Positions 39,192 through 49,892 of a stretch of DNA of 64,000 nucleotides are shown piece after piece (positions within the stretch are counted from its first letter, which is position 1; every line of letters starts with the position of its first letter). The notes under the pieces are model-generated. The model made no database searches and was not told the origin of the DNA. It saw only the letters and a program-made list of their open reading frames with translations. The position numbers were made by a program, and so were the translations under genes. Source of the stretch: Spirochaetota bacterium (GTDB lineage: Bacteria > Spirochaetota > UBA6919 > CBDBPB01); NCBI GenBank assembly GCA_965208615.1, contig CBDBPB010000003.1, positions 1-64,000 on the forward strand, written 5' to 3'.

Positions 39192-40421
39192 CTACTCTAA
39201 AATTAGTACGGTAATCTCAGGTGGACAATTAACTCTTATTGGCAACCAGTGTCCTAGTCCGCTATTCACATATAAGTGGTTACCATTATTCATATAATGA
39301 CCTTTAAGATATGGAAATCCAAGTTGTGCTGGCGCAACCTTTATATTACCAATTTCTCCAAAAATAAACTGTCCCCCATGGGTATGGCCAGATAGTGTTA
39401 AGTCAAAGTATTTGCTCGACTCAAAAAAACTAGTGGGATGGTGTGCTAATAAGATTTTAGTATGTTCATCATGATGCACATTATTTAGTATAGCTCCTAA
39501 ATGATGTTTAACCTTATCCTTATTAAAAGACATTTTATTCCTAGGATAGTCCATCCCCATAATATATAATTTTTCATCATATATCTTTATACTTCTACTA
39601 TCGTCAATTAGTATATCGATTCCAGTATTTTTAAATGCCCTTAAGAATTTAACCGTATTAACTATATAATCATGATTTCCCATGCAGGCATAAATCCCAA
39701 AAGGAGCCTTAAGGCTGGTCAGAGATCGTATTGCCATAGGAACTGCCTTTAAAGAATTGTTAATAATATCCCCTGTGACTACAATTATCTGTGAACCTAA
39801 TCTATTAATCTCTGGAATATATTTATCAAACTTATCCTCATTCAGAAAAATACCAAAATGAAGATCAGAAATATGGGTGATAGATAATCCTTTTAGGTTA
39901 TCAGGAAGATTATTAATTTTGATATTAACTTTGTTTATAACAAAATCATATTCACTATTATATGCTCCAACAAAGTTTAGTGTAAAAATACTTGCAGGTA
40001 GAACAACTACAGATCGCTTAAACCAACTTCGCTTAAGGTTATTAAAAGCTACTGGCTTACTAACTCGCTTATAAATATAAGAAATAGGTTTAATAGCAAG
40101 TTTAACTGTCTTATAAATAATCAAAATAAAAAATAATACTATATGCGAAAACTGCCATATATAACAAGGTAAAATATATAAAGCCTTAATAAGTCCATTA
40201 TATAGCAATGTAAAATGTGATCCATATATTGCTATTCCTAGCCAAGGCATAGATAAGAAAATACCTAAAAATAAATATGCAAATCTTATTTTTCTCTCTT
40301 TAACAGAGCTAAGATTATAACTCTTAATCCACATCATAAAACAACGATAAACATAATATTGCATTCCCCCGAAAATTAGTATAAACGATCTAAATATAAT
40401 TTCAAAATGCCATTTTTCCAT
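39192..40421 (-). CDS. Membrane-anchored metallophosphoesterase (YkuE/YaeI-like)
   Basis: SDLH, TGD, GNHD, LAHHP, SGHTHGGQ. Confidence 0.92.
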   Translation of the reverse strand: MEKWHFEIIFRSFILIFGGMQYYVYRCFMMWIKSYNLSSVKERKIRFAYLFLGIFLSMPWLGIAIYGSHFTLLYNGLIKALYILPCYIWQFSHIVLFFILIIYKTVKLAIKPISYIYKRVSKPVAFNNLKRSWFKRSVVVLPASIFTLNFVGAYNSEYDFVINKVNIKINNLPDNLKGLSITHISDLHFGIFLNEDKFDKYIPEINRLGSQIIVVTGDIINNSLKAVPMAIRSLTSLKAPFGIYACMGNHDYIVNTVKFLRAFKNTGIDILIDDSRSIKIYDEKLYIMGMDYPRNKMSFNKDKVKHHLGAILNNVHHDEHTKILLAHHPTSFFESSKYFDLTLSGHTHGGQFIFGEIGNIKVAPAQLGFPYLKGHYMNNGNHLYVNSGLGHWLPIRVNCPPEITVLILE

Positions 40422-40433
40422 GATATTTATACC

Positions 40434-41204
40434 TTAATAAGACATATTAAAAAAATACACGATCAGCACTGCAAACAAAACACTATGTATAGCTTCAATA
40501 ATAGCGATTCTATATATAGACACCTTAATAAATCTCTTTATATAAAAATAACACATTTTCATAATTATAGGAATAGCACAAAGACCTATTATTAATGACA
40601 TACCGCTTAATAATGCACTTAATAAAATTATAAGCACTCCCACAGTGTAGTAGATTATAGACAATAAACCGTATGAGTTAATCATAGCTTTAGACCTTAC
40701 GAAAAAAATACTTCCAATAAAGTGAAAAGCCCATAATCCCCACAGCCAATAAGACCATATATTAATACTATTAGTTAGGATATAGTATAAGCCAGGAGCA
40801 ATTAACGTAAGACCTAAAATATTAATTATTTCGTTTATTATTTCTCTTTGAGTCTTGTTTATAGCCTGTATAATATTTAACACTAAAAGGCATAAAATAA
40901 CAACAACAAAGATTAAGCTGTAGTCATAGTCATATATAATTATAATTGGACTAAATAATATAGCACTTAAAAAAAGATAAATACAAGCCCACAATACAAC
41001 TTCATAATAAAGCTTTTCTACTTTTTGTAAGTTTTTAACAATCTTAATTATAGGATGTCTAGCAAGGAAAAAAAAAATGCTGGATAAAGTAAAAAGTATT
41101 GCGGGTATATTAATGCGTCCAACAGTAACAGCCGTAGACAGAATAGGGATTATAAACATAAACCATATTCCATGTTCTTTTGGAAAAATTGGTTTTAATT
41201 TCAT
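40434..41204 (-). CDS. YwiC-like membrane protein
   Basis: PKEHGIWFMF N-terminal motif; multiple TMs. Confidence 0.8.
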   Translation of the reverse strand: MKLKPIFPKEHGIWFMFIIPILSTAVTVGRINIPAILFTLSSIFFFLARHPIIKIVKNLQKVEKLYYEVVLWACIYLFLSAILFSPIIIIYDYDYSLIFVVVILCLLVLNIIQAINKTQREIINEIINILGLTLIAPGLYYILTNSINIWSYWLWGLWAFHFIGSIFFVRSKAMINSYGLLSIIYYTVGVLIILLSALLSGMSLIIGLCAIPIIMKMCYFYIKRFIKVSIYRIAIIEAIHSVLFAVLIVYFFNMSY

Positions 41205-41242
41205 TTTATTATACTTTATTAGTTATTATATAGTTTGACTTT

Positions 41243-41881
41243 CTATTCTATTTTAGGATAGAATATTTCACTAATAATTTCACCTTTAATATCATATTCA
41301 TATATCCAGTGACCAGTATTTTTACCTTCTTCTGAGTAGATATATTTTTCTTCTTTCCATTTTAGGATTTTTTCATCAATAAGTTTATAATATCTGATAT
41401 AAGATATAGCTCCCTGCCAATCATAGTGTTCTTGTTTATACAAAGTATTATTGTTATAGTAAGAAATAGACTGGATGGCTTCATTTTCGTAATACTCTTC
41501 GACTTTGGTAAGAGTTTTTTTATTACCATTTATCTTAAAATGCTTTATCATATTATATTTGCCAATATCATTAGCAATTTTAACTTTAACGATGGCATTT
41601 TCTTTTATATATTCATATTTTATATATTTATTATTTTTGAGATATTTTATAGTTGCCAAGTAGGTAATTTTACCATTAACGTTGTAATGTTTTTCAACGT
41701 ATATTTTAGTTTTTTTATATTGTACTTCATAATATAGTTTTTCTTTAGGTTTTTTAGAAATCTTATTTTTATAAGAATAGTCACCCCATTTATTTTTTTC
41801 TGCATTACTATAATAAACAGTATTACTGTATCCAAAAGAAGATATGGATACAAATAGTAGTAAGTAAAATATAGTTTTCAT
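41243..41881 (-). CDS. Hypothetical exported protein (MORN-variant-like)
   Basis: Signal peptide; RBS GGAGG; Tyr/Lys-rich repeats. Confidence 0.7.
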   Translation of the reverse strand: MKTIFYLLLFVSISSFGYSNTVYYSNAEKNKWGDYSYKNKISKKPKEKLYYEVQYKKTKIYVEKHYNVNGKITYLATIKYLKNNKYIKYEYIKENAIVKVKIANDIGKYNMIKHFKINGNKKTLTKVEEYYENEAIQSISYYNNNTLYKQEHYDWQGAISYIRYYKLIDEKILKWKEEKYIYSEEGKNTGHWIYEYDIKGEIISEIFYPKIE

Positions 41882-42133
41882 ATAAGGTACCTCCTTAAAA
41901 AAACTAATTTATTAAAACAGTTATAATATAATTACTTTTGGAAATTGTTACTAATTATTCCAAAACTATTTTAAATAGATTTTAGATATATAAAGTAACT
42001 CTTAGAATACCCTTATAATAGCACGGTTAATAACAATATATCTATACAATAAAAGTCTTATTAAAAAGTTAACCTAATTGCTAAAATTTAACTTATATTA
42101 TATTAGTGAATATAATTGTTTAGGAATTATCTA

Positions 42134-42802
42134 ATGAGATCACTAAATGAGATTACTCAATGGCATCCAATATCAATTCAAAAATGGCTTCAAGAAGTAG
42201 ATGAGATCGACCTTATTCTAGTTCTATCCCACTCTTCAGAGGCTGTTAAACATCTTATTTTAGAAAACCTTTCCTCCCGAATCCGTAAGTTGGCTATAGA
42301 TTCTATGGATGATTATGATAAAGTCCCAGAAAGCATTGTCAAAAAAGCAAAAAAAAGAGCGCTTGGCCTAGCTAATGAGCTAATCGAACTCGGAGAACTA
42401 AATGAACCAGGTGAAGAAGAACTATATAAAATAACCAGAAATACTATACTCCCTAAACTACTCCAAACTAATAATACCGCTAACCTTATTAAAACTATGA
42501 CTATACTAGGAGAGTATGCCAAAGAACGAGGACTCCTGGCTCTAGAAGAAGCCTTAATAAAAATTAAAGACCCTTTTTTAAGAGATGCCTTACAGCTTAT
42601 AATCGACGGCACAGAAGCTGACGTTGCAGAAGAAATACTTAGAAATCGTGTAGAGGCTATTACATATCATCGTGAACTATTATATAACTTAATAATCGAA
42701 GGTATATTGGGTATACAAACTGGTAATTCAAGCTGGATATTGCGTATGCGTCTTAAGTCTTACTTACCGCCAGAAATGGGAGGTGAAAATGGACTATATT
42801 AA
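42134..42802 (+). CDS. FliG C-terminal domain fused to a MotA cytoplasmic-like domain
   Basis: SIQKWLQEVD...ILENLSSR resembles FliG SIQKVLREVD...IFRNMSKR; AKERGLLALE..DPFLRDALQLIIDGT and IIEGILGIQTG...LKSYLP resemble MotA. Confidence 0.8.
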   Translation: MRSLNEITQWHPISIQKWLQEVDEIDLILVLSHSSEAVKHLILENLSSRIRKLAIDSMDDYDKVPESIVKKAKKRALGLANELIELGELNEPGEEELYKITRNTILPKLLQTNNTANLIKTMTILGEYAKERGLLALEEALIKIKDPFLRDALQLIIDGTEADVAEEILRNRVEAITYHRELLYNLIIEGILGIQTGNSSWILRMRLKSYLPPEMGGENGLY

Positions 42803-42843
42803 AATTTATTCTTTAAGATTTCCACTAAATTAAGGAGATAATT

Positions 42844-43146
42844 ATGTGCCTTGGAATACCCGGAAAGGTTATTGAAATAATAGATGAAAACGGCCTTTTG
42901 ATGGGTAAAATAGATTATAATGGTACCGTAAATAAAGTATGTCTAGCTTATATTCCTAATATAAAAATAGGTCAATATACTATTGTCCATGCAGGTTTTG
43001 CTGTTTCTGTTATAGACGAAGAAGAAGCACAAAAAACCCTTGCTATATGGGATGACTTAAAAGAAAAACTTGCCGCTAGCGAAGGAAGCAATGTTTATGG
43101 ACAACCTTTAAACCGCTCCATTAATAACAAAAAACGGTATAAATAA
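42844..43146 (+). CDS. hypC: Hydrogenase maturation chaperone HypC
   Basis: MCLGIPGKV N-terminus; IVHAGFA...DEEEA. Confidence 0.93.
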   Translation: MCLGIPGKVIEIIDENGLLMGKIDYNGTVNKVCLAYIPNIKIGQYTIVHAGFAVSVIDEEEAQKTLAIWDDLKEKLAASEGSNVYGQPLNRSINNKKRYK

Positions 43147-43230
43147 AAACTTAAAATATTATTTATAATTAAATCGGTTTTTTTATATAAAAACTATCCC
43201 CTTAATGTTAACACTGTTTGAGGAGAAAAT

Positions 43231-44178
43231 ATGGCTGGTAACACTGTATGTATAAATAATGTAGAAATACACTTAAGTCATCCAGATGAGCTTAACATTG
43301 ATTTAGTGGGTTTTTATGAACTTCAAAAACAGCTAAAAGCATGTTGGACAACTTTAAATAATAATGATATTCCCCTTGTACCAAGAATACTAGGACGACC
43401 CGGTGTAGGTAAAACTACCCTTGCCTATTCCGTTGCAAAACAAATGAATTATGAAGTCTATATTTATCAGTGTACTATGGATACAAGACCTGAAGACTTA
43501 ATTATTACTCCCGTATTAAGCAATGATCCTAAAGGCTTTTGGACAAATGCTATTGGAGGTAAAAATAATAAAATAAAATATCATGCTTCTGCACTGGTAA
43601 CCGCTATGATAAAAGGAGGAATAGCCATATTGGATGAAGGTAATCGGATGAGTGAAAAATCATGGGCAAGTCTAGCTCCTCTTTTTGACAATAGACGATA
43701 TGTAGAATCCATAACTGCTGGTATTAAAATTAAGGCTCATCCTAATTTTCGTTGTTGCATAACTATGAATGATGATTCTTCGACTTTTGAGGTTCCAGAG
43801 TATATAATGTCCAGATTACAGCCTCAGATTTATGTTGACTTTCCATCGCGTAATGAAGAAAAAGAAATACTAAAAATTAACCTGCCCTTTGCTGAAGAAG
43901 ACTTAATAAATATAATGAGTGACTTTCTTGCTAATGCCCATAGATTTGAGGAACCCTTTACTAGTAGGGATGGTATTCATATTATTAGGTTTACACGTCG
44001 TCTTATGAATAACCATTCTGAACTATCCCAAGAAAATGCTCTAAAACAATCAATAAGTCAAGTTTTAGGTCAAGATGCTGTTAATTATTTAAATCCTGAC
44101 TATCAGCCTACATTTAATATGCCTTATAAAAAATGGGACTACCCACCGGAAGAAGATGATTTAAATGAATTTATCTGA
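43231..44178 (+). CDS. MoxR/CbbQ-like AAA+ ATPase
   Basis: GRPGVGKT, ILDEGNR, AHPNFR, SRL. Confidence 0.88.
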   Translation: MAGNTVCINNVEIHLSHPDELNIDLVGFYELQKQLKACWTTLNNNDIPLVPRILGRPGVGKTTLAYSVAKQMNYEVYIYQCTMDTRPEDLIITPVLSNDPKGFWTNAIGGKNNKIKYHASALVTAMIKGGIAILDEGNRMSEKSWASLAPLFDNRRYVESITAGIKIKAHPNFRCCITMNDDSSTFEVPEYIMSRLQPQIYVDFPSRNEEKEILKINLPFAEEDLINIMSDFLANAHRFEEPFTSRDGIHIIRFTRRLMNNHSELSQENALKQSISQVLGQDAVNYLNPDYQPTFNMPYKKWDYPPEEDDLNEFI

Positions 44179-46114
44179 TAAGTACTTCAAATTTGATAAT
44201 ATTTATTGTATTCCATCTGTACACGGCTCTATTGACTTTGCTCAACTGGTAAAAGAGGCCTTTTTTGATATTGAACCAGACTGTATAGCAGTAGAACTAC
44301 CAGAATCCATTATGAGCCATGTATTAAAGGGTGTAAAACAGTTACCCTATTTATCAGTCGTATCCTTTTCGGATAACCCTAATGTATATCATTATGTTCC
44401 CATTCACCCTGGAGATTCAATAATAGAAGCTGTACGACTGGCTGTTGAACATCAAACCGAACTATACTTCGTAGATAAAGATGTTGGAGAAATAGATATT
44501 CCCCCTGTTATTGTCCCTGACTCATATTATCTTAGCAAATTAGGGCTAAAAAACTATTGTAATAATTATCTCAAATATATTAAACCCACTGCCTTAAACT
44601 CTATACACTATCTACGAGAAACAGAAATGGCATTTAGGGTTAAAAAGATTTCATCTGCATATAAGCGTATACTATTTGTTTACGGCCTACAACATCATCA
44701 CAGAATATCAGAACTTTTAATGAAACCTTATCCAAGTAATATTTCATATAATACCATCGAAAGGGACCACATTAGTCTAATGTATATAGATAAGTCTATT
44801 TATACAGAAGTATTAGGTAATATGCCTTTTCAAACATATATCTATGAGGTTACCAGAAAAGGACTTTCCACTACAAACCTTGGTATAGATATACCCCCTT
44901 ATGACACTCACCTAGATAGTACTGAAAATCTAAAAAAATCGTTTTACAAAAAAGTTAATGAAAATGCTAACAGACTAAAAAACTTAACTACACAAAATAA
45001 TACCTTTGATCAATATGATAGCCTCCATGAAATATTTATATTAAGTAAAAAGCTGTATAAACGTGAATGGAACGATCAGACATCTATTAATAGGCTTTCT
45101 ACTGCGTTAAAGTTTGCCAGAAATTATGCTTTTGTTAGTGGTAGCCTTGTACCATCCCCTTATCAGCTTATTGTTTCTGCCAAGAATACCATTAACGATG
45201 ACTATGCTTATGAACTATATAGGCTTATATCTTTCTATCCCTTTTTAGATAACCTTTATAACTTGCCTGAGGTTACATTTAATAACAATAAAGCCAATAT
45301 TGATGGGCATGATGTTAAATTAAGACCTTATTTGCCTATGCAACCGTGGACAATAGAAAAAATACCTATTAAAAAGCGTCCTAAAGAAAAAAAGCCTGGT
45401 GATTGGGAAAAGATCTGGAAGTCAGGATATGATTTGGTATCCTATCCAGCTGAGGATATTATTATAGAAAATTATTTTTATTATCTTAGGAGAAAAGCTA
45501 GGTCTATATTAGAAAAAGACCTTATCATCACCAGAGAATTTACAACATCTTTAATGGATGGCCTTGATATTAAAGAAACTATCCGAAACCTACACCTCAA
45601 TAAACTATATGTAAAAGAATGTCTACCCTTTAAAGGAGATGTTGGAACTATTGTTATTATCTTTGATGAAGATGTTGATAATAAATATTCCTTTCATATG
45701 ACATGGTATGCTGAACACCAAAATGAATCTGATCTTGCTCTATACTCAACACCACCAGGTAAAAAACTCATAGGACCCGGTATTAGTCAGGCTGAATATG
45801 GAGGAGTTCTATCTATATACCCTCCAAGGGGTGTAAAAGAAGTATGGTCTGATGAGCGATTTAATAGAGCTAAAACTAAGTCCCAAAAACTCCTTATGGC
45901 TGGGATATATTATTCTGAAAAAAAGTATATTGTTTATGTTTCAAAAATACCTCCTACAATTTACTATCGTTCTTTGGCAGAACAACATGGACATCATATT
46001 TTACACATACCAATTAATCAACTTTCAGATTCTATGATTAAAAAGGTTAAGTTTTTCCACTTTTTAGCGGATAGACGTTTAAGAGGAATTGCTGGAAGGT
46101 ATATTAAAAAGTAA
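44165..46114 (+). CDS. Hypothetical protein coupled to the AAA ATPase (N-terminus TraB/DUF5682-like)
   Basis: Overlaps the ATPase stop; PSVHG..FA, PDCIAVELP, RE.EMA, FVYG..H. Confidence 0.7.
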   Translation: MNLSDKYFKFDNIYCIPSVHGSIDFAQLVKEAFFDIEPDCIAVELPESIMSHVLKGVKQLPYLSVVSFSDNPNVYHYVPIHPGDSIIEAVRLAVEHQTELYFVDKDVGEIDIPPVIVPDSYYLSKLGLKNYCNNYLKYIKPTALNSIHYLRETEMAFRVKKISSAYKRILFVYGLQHHHRISELLMKPYPSNISYNTIERDHISLMYIDKSIYTEVLGNMPFQTYIYEVTRKGLSTTNLGIDIPPYDTHLDSTENLKKSFYKKVNENANRLKNLTTQNNTFDQYDSLHEIFILSKKLYKREWNDQTSINRLSTALKFARNYAFVSGSLVPSPYQLIVSAKNTINDDYAYELYRLISFYPFLDNLYNLPEVTFNNNKANIDGHDVKLRPYLPMQPWTIEKIPIKKRPKEKKPGDWEKIWKSGYDLVSYPAEDIIIENYFYYLRRKARSILEKDLIITREFTTSLMDGLDIKETIRNLHLNKLYVKECLPFKGDVGTIVIIFDEDVDNKYSFHMTWYAEHQNESDLALYSTPPGKKLIGPGISQAEYGGVLSIYPPRGVKEVWSDERFNRAKTKSQKLLMAGIYYSEKKYIVYVSKIPPTIYYRSLAEQHGHHILHIPINQLSDSMIKKVKFFHFLADRRLRGIAGRYIKK

Positions 46115-46399
46115 ATCGACTGATTTTATTATATTCTTTTTTCTCTAAAAGAATAAATAGAATTATTTATTTAATACCCTATAAAAGTTTATTGTTTTAT
46201 ATATTTGTCTTATTTTGGGGTTAGTTAACTATATTGAAGTTTTAATTCGTTACAATTATTATAATACGATATTGAATCTTGATTAATAAATATGAAAAAC
46301 TTATTTTCTTAATTGACTTGCAAGAATAACATTAGTATAATTTTTAGTAAAAATTTAATTAGCTTTTAATTATAATATATAACTTTTTGGAAAAGTAAA

Positions 46400-46804
46400 T
46401 TGAACACTCTTAATCTTTCAGTAAAAAGCAGAACAGAAAACGTTGGACAAATAGTAAAAAGACTAGGTGAATTTTGTAAAGAAAATAATATTGATCAAAA
46501 AATCATAGAAATGCTACAAATTGCAACGGATGAAGCTATAACAAATATTATTTTTCATAGTTATAAAAATATTGATGGTATTATTAATATAACATTTACA
46601 TTAGATGAAAAAACGATTATTATTAAGCTTGTTGATTTTGGAAAAATATTTACACCAAGTAAAAAAGTACATAATGATAATAAAAAGGTGAAAATAGGGG
46701 GTTATGGTCTTGTATTAATGAATAAACTCATGGATGATATACAATTTTCATATGATCATAAAGAAAAAGCAAACAACCTAATTATGAAAAAATATTTAAA
46801 CTAA
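46400..46804 (+). CDS. RsbW-like anti-sigma factor / Ser kinase
   Basis: IATDEAITNII.HSY, DFGK.F, GGYGL.LM..LMD. Confidence 0.9.
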   Translation: MNTLNLSVKSRTENVGQIVKRLGEFCKENNIDQKIIEMLQIATDEAITNIIFHSYKNIDGIINITFTLDEKTIIIKLVDFGKIFTPSKKVHNDNKKVKIGGYGLVLMNKLMDDIQFSYDHKEKANNLIMKKYLN

Positions 46805-46823
46805 CTTTTTGGAGGCTTTTTTT

Positions 46824-47159
46824 ATGGAACTAAAAACCAAAAAAGAAGGTAAAGTTCAAATCATTCACCTTGAAGGTAGATTAGACGTTCATTTATCTTT
46901 AGAGATTGAACAATCTATAAATGCTTTGATAGATGATGGAGAAAAATATTTATTATTTGATCTTGATGGTGTTCAATATTTGTCTAGTTCAGGGCTACGG
47001 ATCTTTATCGCTGCTATGAGAAGAGTAAAGGGCTTAGATGGGAGTATTAAACTTGCTAATATGAGTGAGCCAGTAAAGAAAATATTTAAAGTAGTTGAGC
47101 TTATTGATTTGTTTGAAATCTACCCCTCCATTGACGAGGCTTTGGCTGCATTTAACTAA
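46824..47159 (+). CDS. STAS-domain anti-anti-sigma factor
   Basis: LEGRLD, VQYLSSSGLR; RBS GGAGG. Confidence 0.92.
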   Translation: MELKTKKEGKVQIIHLEGRLDVHLSLEIEQSINALIDDGEKYLLFDLDGVQYLSSSGLRIFIAAMRRVKGLDGSIKLANMSEPVKKIFKVVELIDLFEIYPSIDEALAAFN

Positions 47160-47185
47160 TACATAATCTTATTAAATGAACTATA

Positions 47186-48890
47186 ATGATTAATTCTATT
47201 TCTATTAAAAACATAGCTTTAATAGAAAATTTAAAAATCGACTTTTTTGATGGACTAAATATAATAACCGGTGAAACCGGTACAGGTAAATCTATATTAC
47301 TTAGCTCCATAGGATTAGTTTTAGGAAGTAAAGTTCACTCTGAGCTAATAAGAACAGGTTCACAAAAAGGTAGTGTAGAAGTTGTTTTCGATATAACTAA
47401 TAACTCTGCCTTAAAAAAGCTTTTAGAAAAGTTATCCATTGACGTAGAAGATAACATACTTATAATAAAGCGTGAACTAACAAATGAACAAAGAAGCCGT
47501 AGTTTTATAAATCTTAGTCCTATTCCTAATTCCACCCTTAAAATAATTGCTGAGAATCTTGTTGATATATCGGGTCAGCATGAACATCAATCTCTATTAA
47601 GGTCTCAAACTCATATTGAGCTTCTTGATAGCTTTGGTAACCTAACTAACTCTTGTAAAGAGTTTACTAATGAGTTTATTAATATTAATAATCTAAAATC
47701 CAAATTAAAAAAACTCTCTATTGACGAAGAAGAAAAAGAGCATCAGCTTGAAATGTATAAGTATTCCATAGAAGAGATTGAAAAGCATCAGCTAAAAGAA
47801 AATGAAGATACTAATTTAGAACAAGAACTTAATACCCTTAATAACTTTGAAAAGATTAATAGATCAATAGAAAATATCTATTATTACCTTTATCCACAGG
47901 ATCACTCAATCATTCCATATACTGAGAAAGTTATAGTTGAGTTAGAAAAGATAGTCCAGTTTGATTCAAAAATAGATAAAACAATTAACGACGTAAGAGA
48001 GTCTCTATACCTTTTAGAAAACGTTAAAGATACGATCAGAAGCTATAAAGATGACTTGGAATACTCTTCTGATCGTATAGAAGAGATCAACCAAAGACTT
48101 AATACTATAAAAGACCTCAAACGTAAGTATGGAAAAACTATAACGGATGTAATAACATATAAAAGCCATTGTGAACAAGAAATACAAAAAATATCTCAGA
48201 ATAAAGACCTAATAATAAAGTTAAGTGCTGATGTTAAACAAAAAGAAAAAGAAATCTCTGAATTAGCTATAAAATTGTCCAAAGCCAGACAAAAAAAAGC
48301 TAAAAATCCTTGAAAAAGAGATTGAACGAGAACTATCTTTTTTAGGTATGGAGAAATCAGCATTCAAGGTTGAGTTCCGCTATATACAAAACAATAAAAG
48401 CTATTTACAGATATCAAATAGAGGTGTAAAAATAGAGGATCATGGTATTGATCGACTAGAGTTCACTTTTTCAGCTAATCCGGGAGAGATGCCTAAATCT
48501 TTAGTTAAGATTGCCTCAGGTGGAGAGCTATCTAGAGTAATGCTGGCTATAAAAACTATCCTTACAGAAATGGACGAAATAGATACCCTCTTATTTGATG
48601 AGGTAGATGCTGGTATTGGTGGTGAGATGTCTATTAAAGTTGCGAAAAAGATTAAGGATATATCTAGTAAACGTCAAGTTCTTTGTATAACGCATTCTCC
48701 ATCTATAGCTAGTTATAGTAAGCATCATTATTTCGTTGATAAGTTCGAGGAAGATGGAAGAACTAAAACCATCATAAAAACTTTAAATGAAGAAGAAAAA
48801 ATAAAAGAAATCGCCAGGATGATCGGAGGTGATAAAATTACCGAATTATCGCTAAAACATGCCAAAGAAGTTATTGAAAAAACTAAATAG
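47186..48890 (+). CDS. recN: DNA repair protein RecN (one frameshift near 48300)
   Basis: TGETGTGKS, GQHEHQ, ASGGELSR, FDEVDAGIGG, CITH. Confidence 0.95.
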
Positions 48891-49665
48891 GAAATCCAAT
48901 ACCAAGAATAAGTTGAATATCATTAAAACTCCCCTGAGCACACTTACTTTTTAAATGATCCAGTGTACCAGCAACACCTAAATCAGCTCTTATTTCAAAG
49001 CTTAATAAAATAGGGTCTATTGGTAAAACACCTCCTACTCCAAAAGTAATTCCGTATGTTATTGGTTTAGAAATAGTAGTAGGAGTTATAGTAGGTGGTA
49101 ATGGTTCGATTGAATCAATTGTACGAATATTAAAGGATGGTCCTATCATAAAAAAGAGATATTTCAGTGGATAGATCTTAATATGAGGGGTTATATAAAC
49201 ATAGTCTATACTAAGTTTATAAGGTCCAGATAGTGTACCTTTTCTACTATAGCCAATAGAGCCTGCCACAGAAATATATTTATTAATCTTATATTCTACA
49301 GAAAACTCTGCTAACCATTGTGGATCATATTTAGTAGGTTCCTCCATGAGAGAGGTTCTAGCAAAAATAACTAACTGCAATCCACCTTTAATCCAAAAGG
49401 TTAGGCCTTTTGGTATAATATTATCACTTTCGTTGTAAAATAAAATATTATTAACTTTTTCTTTTTCTTTTTCTTTTTCTTTTTTATAGCGTTCAAGCTT
49501 AAATGGTGAAAGTTTATATTCTTCAGAGTGACCTATTTTAGATATAGACAATACAATAACTATTACGGCAAAAAATACCAACATATACCTGCTATATATA
49601 GTTTTCCAATTAACTATTGATATCGTCTTATGAATAATAACAAATATCCTCTTAATAATATACAT
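48883..49665 (-). CDS. Putative outer-membrane beta-barrel protein
   Basis: Alternating amphipathic strands; C-terminal LILGIGFPI; N-terminal signal region. Confidence 0.7.
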   Translation of the reverse strand: MYIIKRIFVIIHKTISIVNWKTIYSRYMLVFFAVIVIVLSISKIGHSEEYKLSPFKLERYKKEKEKEKEKVNNILFYNESDNIIPKGLTFWIKGGLQLVIFARTSLMEEPTKYDPQWLAEFSVEYKINKYISVAGSIGYSRKGTLSGPYKLSIDYVYITPHIKIYPLKYLFFMIGPSFNIRTIDSIEPLPPTITPTTISKPITYGITFGVGGVLPIDPILLSFEIRADLGVAGTLDHLKSKCAQGSFNDIQLILGIGFPI

Positions 49666-49790
49666 TAACTACCTCTAATTTATAACTTATATAAAGCAAT
49701 AATCTTAAGTTATATTATAATATATTTAACCTAGTAATAGGTAATTATTTTTTAAAATAGTATTCGATATAGGACTAGCTAGAATAAATA

Positions 49791-49821
49791 AAAAGCCTAC
49801 CTAAATATAGGTAAGCTCTTT
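49791..49821 (-). terminator. Terminator-like hairpin after flaB
   Basis: AGCCTACCTA-AATA-TAGGTAAGCT, with an A tract on + (U tract on -). Confidence 0.7.
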
Positions 49822-49892
49822 ATACAAATATACATACTTAAACAAATATCTTAAATTGGATTACAGCATAATCCTTATATAAATAACCAAAA

